Assembly (NCBI GenBank): GCA_963800575.1
Contig: CAWDBN010000013.1
Span: 4,497 to 68,496, forward strand
Source: an uncultured Acidobacteriaceae bacterium
GTDB lineage: Bacteria > Acidobacteriota > Terriglobia > Terriglobales > Acidobacteriaceae
Direction: 5' to 3'
Length of the DNA: 64,000 nt
Each line of letters begins with the position of its first letter. Position 1 is the first letter of the stretch. A model generated the notes under the pieces. It made no database searches and was not told the origin of the DNA. It saw only the letters and a list, made by a program, of their open reading frames with translations. A program made the translations under genes and the position numbers. Of this stretch, positions 55,880 through 63,123 are shown one piece after another.

Positions 55880-58589
55880 ATGCCAGACGATCAAAACCCC
55901 GAACTCCCCCTGACCCCACCGCCCGGCGGCGGCGAAGGCAGCCCCGGCGCTCTGCACATCCAGCCGGTCAACATTGAAGACGAGATGCGCAAGTCGTATC
56001 TCGACTATTCCATGTCGGTCATCATCGGCCGCGCTCTGCCCGATGTACGCGACGGACTCAAACCCGTCCATCGCCGCATTCTTTACACCATGCAGCAGAT
56101 GGGCCTCCAGCCCAACCGCGCCACCCGCAAGTGCGCCCGCATCGTCGGCGACGTAATGGGCAAGTACCATCCCCACGGAAATCTGGCTGTGTACGACGCG
56201 TTAGTCCGCTTAGCGCAAACCTGGAGCATGCGCTACCCATTGATTTTCGGACAAGGAAATTTCGGCTCCGTCGACGGCGACCCTCCAGCAGCCGATCGCT
56301 ACACCGAAGCCAAGCTGGCGCAAGTAGCAACAGCGCTCTTAGAAGATCTGGATAAAGAAACAGTAGACTTCCGTCCCAACTACGATGGCAGCGAAGTCGA
56401 GCCCGACGTTCTCCCCACCAGAATTCCGAACTTGTTAATCAACGGCTCCGACGGAATCGCCGTAGGCATGGCGACAAAAATTCCGCCGCACAACCTAACC
56501 GAAATCGTCGACGCCACCATCACGCTGATCAACGATCCGAACGCCCAGCTGGCCGAGATTCTGAAATTCGTCCAGGGCCCAGACTTTCCGACTGCCGGCG
56601 TAATCCACGGACGCGCCGGCGTCTTCGAAGCCTACCGCACCGGCCGTGGCCGCTTCATGATGCGCGCCAAAGCCGCCATCGAAAACATTTCCAAAGATCG
56701 CCAAGCCATCATCGTCACCGAAATCCCGTATCAGGTAAACAAAGCACGTTTAGTCGAACGCATCGCGCAGCTGGTCAACGATAAAGACATCGAAGACATC
56801 TCCGACATCCGCGACGAAAGCGATCGCGACGGCATGCGCATCGTAGTCGAACTAAAGCGCGGAGCCGAGCCCCAAATCGTTCTCAACCAACTCTACAAAC
56901 ACACCGCCATGCAGGAAGGTTTTTCCATGATCCTTCTAGCGGTGGTCAACGGCCAGCCCCGCGAAATGGGACTGATTCAGGCCATCAAGCACTTCATCAA
57001 TCACCGCGTCGACGTAGTCCGCCGCCGCACCGCCTTCCTGCTCCAGAAAGCCCGGGACCGCGAGCACATCTTAGAAGGTTATCTAAACGCGCTAGATCAT
57101 CTCGACAATGTGATCACCATAATCCGCGCCAGCGCCAACCGTGCCGACGCGAGAAAATTTAGTCGCCTACTTCGGCGGCAAGAAAATCGATATCAACACC
57201 ACCGGCCGCGCTCCCAAGCTCAGCCCCGAGAAGCCTTTCACCTCGCGCCAGGCCGAAGCCATCCTAGAGCTGCAACTGCATCGCCTGACCAAGCTCTCGA
57301 TCGATGAAATTTCCAACGAACTGAAAGAAACCCGCGAGCGCATCGAAGACTACGAATCCATCCTCGCCTCCGAAAGCAAACTCCGCAAAGTAATCATCAA
57401 GGAATTAGAAGAAGTAAAAGAACTCTACGGAGACGAACGTCGCACCCGCATCGAAGACGAAGCCGCAGAAATCGTTCTAGAAGACCTGATCGCAGACGAG
57501 CAGGTAGCCGTAACCTTCAGCCACTCCGGCTACATGAAGCGTACGCCCATCTCTACCTACCGCATGCAGCGCCGCGGAGGCACCGGCCGCACCGGCATGA
57601 AGACCCGCGAAGAGGATTTCGTCGAACACCTCTTCATCGCCTCCACTCACGCCTACATCCTGATCTTCACCAACAAGGGCCGAGTCTATTGGCTCAAGGT
57701 CTACGAAATTCCTGACGTAAGCGCCGCCGGCCGCGGCAAGCACATCGGCAACTTAATCGGCCTCCAACCCGGCGAAACCGTCCGCACCATGCTAGCCGTC
57801 CGCAACCTCGAAGAAGAAAACAAATACATCTTCTTCGCCACCCGCAACGGCCTGGTAAAAAAATCCGAACTCCGCGAATTCATGCACGTCCGCTCCAACG
57901 GCATCAACGCCATCAACATCGAAGAAGGAGATGAACTGGTAGCCGCCCGCATCACCAACGGCAACCAAATCGTTTTCATAGCCACTCACGAGGGCGCAGC
58001 CATCCGCTTCGACGAAAATCACGTCCGCCCCATGGGCCGCGCCGCGTATGGTGTGAACGGAATTAATCTGGAAGAGCGCGACTACGTAGTAGGCATGACG
58101 GTAACGCCAAAGCCAGACGCATCTCCGGAGAAAGATGGGGAGGGAAAAGATCGGGAAGGGCACGACTTAAGTCGTGCCGACCAAACCCCTCCTGATGCCG
58201 GGGCTTCAGCCCCTGAGGTGTCCGAAACCCTGGACCTAACTCAAAAAGGCACCCTAATCCTCTCCGTAACCGAAAACGGCTACGGCAAACGCACCCCCGC
58301 CGACGAATATCGTCTAACCAACCGAGCCGGCAAAGGTGTAATCAATATCAAAACCACAGAGCGAGTGGGCAAAGTAGTAGCGATAGCCCTGGTAGACGAA
58401 AATTCCCAGGTAATGTTAATCAGCCAGTACGGCAAAATCATCCGCATGGATTCCAAAACCATCCGCGAATCCGGCCGCAACGCCCAAGGCGTCCGCCTAC
58501 TCCACATGGAACCCGGCGACCGAGTAGCCGCAGCCGTAGTCTTAGCTCCAGAAGAAGAGCCCAACGGCAACGGAGGCTTGCTGCAATAG
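55880..58589 (+). CDS. gyrA: DNA gyrase subunit A, interrupted by an apparent +1 frameshift at an A4 run (57154-57157)
   Basis: Two track ORFs (55880-57307 and 57141-58589) together give a full GyrA: [23 protein letters not shown], the active-site AADRYTE, and C-terminal pinwheel repeats with GYGKRT. The GyrA-like sequence runs ...[12 protein letters not shown] in frame 1 and continues as [10 protein letters not shown]... in frame 2. Confidence 0.85.
58107..58250 (+). repeat. Hairpin-rich, low-complexity in-frame insertion in the gyrA C-terminal domain (REP-like element candidate)
   Basis: It encodes [48 protein letters not shown]. It contains a perfect 18-bp palindrome gcacgacttaagtcgtgc (58160-58177) and ggggcttcagcccc (58200-58213). 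Confidence 0.5.
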
Positions 58590-58607
58590 ATGCCCTGAGA
58601 GGAAAAC

Positions 58608-59933
58608 GTGGCTAGGTTTAACCCATTTCGCCCTAACGCAATCGTGCACCCCGGAATGTTTGCCGGCAGATATGATGAGCTCGTAGCCCTAGAGAAGGCT
58701 CTATATCAGACTAAGAACGGAAACCCCGCGCATTTCCTGATCGAGGGAGAGCGCGGGATTGGAAAGTCGTCTCTGCTGCTGAACCTGAAAGGCGCAGCCT
58801 CCGGGGACTTCGACTCGCTCGAAGACTCTCTAATCTTCAAGTTTATAACGGTCAGCATCTCCCTCGACGCGTCTCACGGATACACTGACATCGTGCGCAG
58901 CATCGGCACAGAGCTGCGCAGGAAGATCGCTGAGCGCGAACAGCTCAAGGAATTCGCTCGTAGCGCCTGGGACTTCCTGAAGAGATGGGAAGTCGCTGGC
59001 GTCAAGTACCACGAAGAGAAGCCAGACGTCAAAGACACCGAGCTCATAGAGGAACTGAGCTTCGCCATCGCAAAATCGCTGGAGAACCTAGGCTCGGAAG
59101 TCGACGGCATCCTAATTCTTATAGACGAAGCGGACAAGCCACCCGCTTCCGCCAATCTCGGCGCGATGGCGAAATTGTTAACGGAGAGACTCAAGATCTG
59201 CGGGTGCGACCGAGTATGCATGGGCCTCGCCGGACTAACCGCGCTCAGGGAAAGACTCCGGAAGAGCCATGAATCCTCGCTGCGACTTTTCAGAATCTTT
59301 GCCTTAGAGCCGCTATCGGCAATGGATAGCGCGGAGGTGATACGCAGAGGGCTGAAAGCAGCACAGGAGAAGAACGGCTTCCCAGTTACAATCTCGGACG
59401 AAGCCGTGTCCAGCCTTGCCTATATCACCGAAGGGTACCCTCACTTCATCCAACAATTCGCCTACTGTTCCTTCGAAGCTGACACTGACAACAATATCGA
59501 CACGGAAGACGTTATGAAAGGGGCCTACGGAGAAGAAGGAGCACTGAAGCAGCTTGGACTGAAGTACTTCGAAAAGCAATATTTTGAACAGATTGGTTCG
59601 GACGAATATCGACAGGTCCTTCGAGTTATGGCGAAGCATCTCGACGCCTGGGTGACGAAGGCCGAGATCCGAAAAGAGGCCACAGGAATTAAAGCCTCCA
59701 CACTCGACAACGCCTTGTCAGCGTTGAAATCGCGCGGCATTATCCTTGCAAAGGCCGGAAAGAAGGGAACGTACAAGCTTCCCTCCCGCTCCTTTGCGGT
59801 TTGGATCAGGGCCTATACTCAAACTGAGGAACTAGTCGCCTCAGCAAGCCTCGCCGGCCAGCAAGCGGCACCGGCGGAACCGAAAAAAGACCACCCGCCA
59901 GCCGCCCCTACTTCACTCCCTGCTTCCGATTAA
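58608..59933 (+). CDS. ORC/Cdc6-like AAA+ (AAA_16 / archaeal-ATPase type) NTPase with C-terminal winged-helix-like region
   Basis: 441 aa with a GTG start after AGAGGA. It has Walker A GERGIGKSSLL, Walker B ILILIDEAD and a C-terminal KAEIRKEATGIKASTLDNALSALKSRGII (wHTH-like). The GC content is visibly lower than the flanks. Confidence 0.7.
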   Translation: MARFNPFRPNAIVHPGMFAGRYDELVALEKALYQTKNGNPAHFLIEGERGIGKSSLLLNLKGAASGDFDSLEDSLIFKFITVSISLDASHGYTDIVRSIGTELRRKIAEREQLKEFARSAWDFLKRWEVAGVKYHEEKPDVKDTELIEELSFAIAKSLENLGSEVDGILILIDEADKPPASANLGAMAKLLTERLKICGCDRVCMGLAGLTALRERLRKSHESSLRLFRIFALEPLSAMDSAEVIRRGLKAAQEKNGFPVTISDEAVSSLAYITEGYPHFIQQFAYCSFEADTDNNIDTEDVMKGAYGEEGALKQLGLKYFEKQYFEQIGSDEYRQVLRVMAKHLDAWVTKAEIRKEATGIKASTLDNALSALKSRGIILAKAGKKGTYKLPSRSFAVWIRAYTQTEELVASASLAGQQAAPAEPKKDHPPAAPTSLPASD

Positions 59934-60825
59934 TCTCCCACGAAAACTCCGTAAAGAAATTCAGCAGCGTGCCCCACCCGATCTGCTCCAGCGCAGCCTG
60001 TCCCCCTTCGTCAAATAAACTGTGCGACCCCGGCTTCCAGGTGGTCGAAATCATCCCGCCGGCAAACGCTCCTCCGTACAACGCCCATTGCGGATGCAAA
60101 TGCTCCTCGCTGCGATCATAAGTCACCAGATTCCGGATGAACGCATGCCGCGTCCGCGGCCACAGCCCTTGGCACTTGCACTGGTCATAACGCACTTCAT
60201 ACCCCAGCATTGCATTGCCCGCAGCCGCCAGCGTGTTGGCCGAAATAAATTGCCCTTCCCGCGACGCAAACCGTTTCCCATACCCGCCCCAGCCACCGCC
60301 CCACTGCCACGGCGTCCCGCGCGCCTGGTCAATCGCTGCCGCAAACATTCGCTTCATGTAAGCTTCCGGAGTCGTCAGCGTCTGTCGCAGATAAATCACT
60401 TCCCGCTGCTCTCGCGTCGGGCTAACCAGCTTCCGGTTCCGGCCCACATACTCTCCCGTAATCCATCCCGACTCCCAGTCCCGCGCCTTCTTCAGCCCCG
60501 CCGTAGCCGCATCCTTGGTAATAACGACGGGATTGTCACTCTTCTTCTTACTCTCGTCCGGCGCATCCGGAAGCTCTTTCCCCGGAGCCTGCCCAGAAGT
60601 CTGTCCAGAACTCTGCGCCGGAGCCTGCGCCGGCTCATTTCCCTGCGCCCAGCCCAATCCCGTCCACATCAACCAAATCATCGCCAGCACAAAGCAAGCT
60701 CTACCCCGTGCCCTCAGTGTCCTCTGTGGCAAAGCCTTTGACGTCCCCACCAGAACCCCCAATGCTGAACTCCCTGAGATGCATTCGCCCGACACCCGCG
60801 TTGTTAGAAAGTTCAATCCGCGCAA
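59908..60825 (-). CDS. Secreted hypothetical protein
   Basis: 305-aa ORF with a hydrophobic signal-like segment CFVLAMIWLMWTGLGWAQG followed by a low-complexity Q/S/P linker. No family was recognised. It overlaps the ATPase 3' end by 26 bp (convergent). Confidence 0.5.
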   Translation of the reverse strand: MRGLNFLTTRVSGECISGSSALGVLVGTSKALPQRTLRARGRACFVLAMIWLMWTGLGWAQGNEPAQAPAQSSGQTSGQAPGKELPDAPDESKKKSDNPVVITKDAATAGLKKARDWESGWITGEYVGRNRKLVSPTREQREVIYLRQTLTTPEAYMKRMFAAAIDQARGTPWQWGGGWGGYGKRFASREGQFISANTLAAAGNAMLGYEVRYDQCKCQGLWPRTRHAFIRNLVTYDRSEEHLHPQWALYGGAFAGGMISTTWKPGSHSLFDEGGQAALEQIGWGTLLNFFTEFSWEINRKQGVK

Positions 60826-60845
60826 ATCCGCCGCGAAAAATTTTC

Positions 60846-61277
60846 CTACCCTCTTTCAAACGCGTGCTTCTTCTCCAACTCTTCCACCGCCGCGCGCATC
60901 GCAGCTTCGAATTTCTCTGCCTGTCCCATCAACCCAGCAGTAGCCTCAGCCCACTCGCCCTCAATCCGCATCAACCTAACGGCAGCAGGCCCTCCCGCAA
61001 CTCCCACCAAATGCTCCGCTGTAGTCTCCAGATACTGCGCGTCCGTAGGATCCCCAATCCAAACCTTCCGTTCAACGGCCTTGTCATTCCAAGCAACCGC
61101 CTTGTCATTCCGAGCCTCACTCTTGTCATTCCGAACGAAGTGAGGAATCTGCTGTTCGCCGGCATCACCACTGCTCGTCGGGCTCGCCTCACTGCGGCCT
61201 CGCTCGGTACCAGGTACTGGGTACTGGGCACTCAACTTCGTCTCCCAATAAACTTTCCCTTCGATAAAACTCAGCAA
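60846..61277 (-). CDS. Hypothetical; probably the C-terminal part of a gene split from 61189-61656 by a frame break
   Basis: 143-aa ORF with a TTG start in the track. The internal segment IPHFVRNDKSEARNDKAVAWNDKAVE is encoded by three tandem family A repeat copies. The C-terminal ~75 aa look like ordinary helical protein. Confidence 0.35.
   Translation of the reverse strand: MLSFIEGKVYWETKLSAQYPVPGTERGRSEASPTSSGDAGEQQIPHFVRNDKSEARNDKAVAWNDKAVERKVWIGDPTDAQYLETTAEHLVGVAGGPAAVRLMRIEGEWAEATAGLMGQAEKFEAAMRAAVEELEKKHAFERG
61079..61160. repeat. Three tandem degenerate copies of repeat family A
   Basis: The copies are ccttgtcattccaagcaaccg / ccttgtcattccgagcctcact / cttgtcattccgaacgaagtgaggaatctgctgttc. 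Confidence 0.75.
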
Positions 61278-61656
61278 TCACCTCATCCGTGGCTTTCCCA
61301 AACACCCACTTCCCCCGCTTGAAGTCATAATGCCGGCTCGAAAACGCCACCGGCTTCAGCTTCCCCGACTTCACAAACTCAATCTGCCGATGATCCACTT
61401 CCTTGCGCAAAGCATTGATCACCGGAGCCTCCACATCCACCGGCTCCAGCGACGCCACCACTTCCCGCACCGTAGCCGACAAATTCACCGCCACCGGCGC
61501 ATGCAGCCCAGCCGAATTCTCCAACCGGATATCCCCATGCAACACCCAGAAATCCGCCCCCGAAGTCGACCGGTGAAACGGCCACTCCAATTCAATCGTC
61601 AGCGGCAACCCCGTCAACGTCACCCAAATCTTCTTAGGCTCTCCCGCTTGCTCCAT
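61189..61656 (-). CDS. Hypothetical protein (N-terminal part of a possibly frameshifted gene)
   Basis: 155-aa ORF. The sequence is protein-like up to ...GKATDEVIAEF. The last ~25 aa (YRRESLLGDEVECPVPSTWYRARPQ) overlap the next ORF in another frame. Confidence 0.5.
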   Translation of the reverse strand: MEQAGEPKKIWVTLTGLPLTIELEWPFHRSTSGADFWVLHGDIRLENSAGLHAPVAVNLSATVREVVASLEPVDVEAPVINALRKEVDHRQIEFVKSGKLKPVAFSSRHYDFKRGKWVFGKATDEVIAEFYRRESLLGDEVECPVPSTWYRARPQ

Positions 61657-61694
61657 GTGTCAAACACCTCTTCCGTTGGGACTAAAATGTCTCT

Positions 61695-61754
61695 GTCATG
61701 TTGAGCGCAGTGGGGTCGTCCAAAATGGACGATCTCACGAAGTCGAAACACCCC
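61695..61754. repeat. Dispersed repeat family A copy, long form with internal hairpin
   Basis: The sequence is gtcatgttgagcgcag-[tggggtcgtcc aaaa tggacgatctca]-cgaagtcgaaacacccc, collinear with 55496-55555. Confidence 0.7.
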
Positions 61755-61833
61755 ATATCCGCCATCGCCATCACGAGCCCGCAGAGGAGTTTCCACCCCT
61801 GCGGAGCAGGTGTCACATCCACCAAGAGAGCAA

Positions 61834-61868
61834 TACCCTGTGTTCCTCTGTGCCCTCTGTGTTAAAGG
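61834..61868 (+). repeat. Dispersed repeat family B copy (TACCCTGTGTTCCTCTGTGCCCTCTGTGTTAAAGG)
   Basis: It has the same triple CTGTG plus TAAA structure and the same orientation as 50303 and 53811. Confidence 0.75.
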
Positions 61869-61893
61869 TGTGAGTCTGCAGCGTGCAAGCCCA

Positions 61894-62412
61894 CTACTTC
61901 TTTCGCACCTTACCCCCCATCCGCAACAACTTCCTCACCGTCCCCGTAGGCAGCCGCTTCATCTGATCATGCAACTCCGTCACCGCCTCAAAAAATCCCG
62001 CCATGGCCGCCAGCCGCTCCCGCGTAAACTCCGCCCCTGCCTCCTTCGGATCCAGTTCCTCAAGACTCCGCCGCAGCATCTCCCGCGTAGGGTCGATCTC
62101 CCGCCGCTTCCTCTGCTCAATCACCAGCCGGAACATCTCCCAAACATCTTTCATCGACTCATAATGTTCTCGCCGGTCCCCCAGCACATGCACCGCCCGC
62201 ACAATCCCCCACCCCTCCAGCTCTCGGATCGATGTACTCACATTCGACCGCGCCACGCTCAAAGTCTCGGCAATCTCCTCCGCCGGTAACGCCCGCGGCG
62301 ACAAATACAGCAGCGCATGGATCTGCGCCACCGTCCGGTTAATCCCCCACCGCGTCCCCATCTCTCCCCAATGCAGAATGTAGGCTTTCTGCACCCCAGT
62401 CAAAGTGTCCAT
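61894..62412 (-). CDS. GbsR/MarR-family winged-helix transcriptional regulator
   Basis: 172 aa. The segment WGINRTVAQIHALLYLSPRALPAEEIAETLSVARSNVSTSIRELEGWGIV matches the GbsR/OpcR-type HTH pattern. Confidence 0.75.
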   Translation of the reverse strand: MDTLTGVQKAYILHWGEMGTRWGINRTVAQIHALLYLSPRALPAEEIAETLSVARSNVSTSIRELEGWGIVRAVHVLGDRREHYESMKDVWEMFRLVIEQRKRREIDPTREMLRRSLEELDPKEAGAEFTRERLAAMAGFFEAVTELHDQMKRLPTGTVRKLLRMGGKVRKK

Positions 62413-62482
62413 GTCAGTACTTTCAGTTCAAACAGAATCTACAGAACAAACAACCGCCATGTCAACAAGAAGCCCCTCCTTA

Positions 62483-62545
62483 GGCTTTGTTCATCCCTAA
62501 CAAAGCCCTTGTCATCCCGAACGAAGTGAGGGATCTTGGTTTCCC
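62483..62545. repeat. 9-bp-stem hairpin abutting a repeat family A copy
   Basis: ggctttgtt (62483-62491) pairs with aacaaagcc (62499-62507), followed by cttgtcatcccgaacgaagtgagggatcttggtttc (62508-62545). Confidence 0.65.
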
Positions 62546-62645
62546 GGGAGTTCGACTCCGCCGCCGACTTTGCCGCAGCGCCGACTTTGCCTCTGGATGG
62601 CGCCGCGCTTCAGCGCTGCGATAGAGCGCAAGACGAGCAGCGGCT

Positions 62646-62783
62646 TTAGCCGCCGATGTGCGAGTTCTTCTTCTCGGCTTCGGCAATCACCTTCTTCTTA
62701 GGAACCTTCCGCTCCGCCTCCGCCCGCTTCCGCTCCTGATACCGCCGATCATGAAACGCCTGGTCCGACGATTGTTTCTTCAT
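62646..62783 (-). CDS. Possible 45-aa highly basic small protein
   Basis: MKKQSSDQAFHDRRYQERKRAEAERKVPKKKVIAEAEKKNSHIGG. Its ATG overlaps (ATGA) the stop of an upstream hydrophobic reading frame. The SD-like GGAGGG lies too close to the ATG. Support is weak. Confidence 0.25.
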   Translation of the reverse strand: MKKQSSDQAFHDRRYQERKRAEAERKVPKKKVIAEAEKKNSHIGG

Positions 62784-63123
62784 CCCTCCAGCTTGCCACA
62801 CACCCGCAAACATAGCCAGCCCAGCAAAATATAGGGAGCAAACGCGTCGACGATCGCTGCCACCGCAATTACTTGCACATTGCCTGGCCCAAATAGCCGA
62901 ATCTGATCCTCCGCAAGTTTGGGACGGGTAGCCCATTCAAGCCGTCCTTCGGCCTGAGTGGGGCAGTTCCCGAGTTCGCCCGAAAATATTTTTCCGGCCG
63001 ATGAGGCGTTTCGCCCGCACTTTCCGCCTTTCTGTACAGGCGCGGGATTCAGCCGTTGTTTGTACGGACCCTTTGTCTGCCACTTGAACCTGAGTCCATG
63101 AATCTCCAAAGGAGAAATCTTCC

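Noticed and set aside
62538-62562. A tRNA T-arm-like string, GGGAGTTCGACTCCG.
   Set aside because: No complementary acceptor stem, D-arm or anticodon arm can be drawn in the preceding 70 nt. It sits at the edge of a REP-like element.
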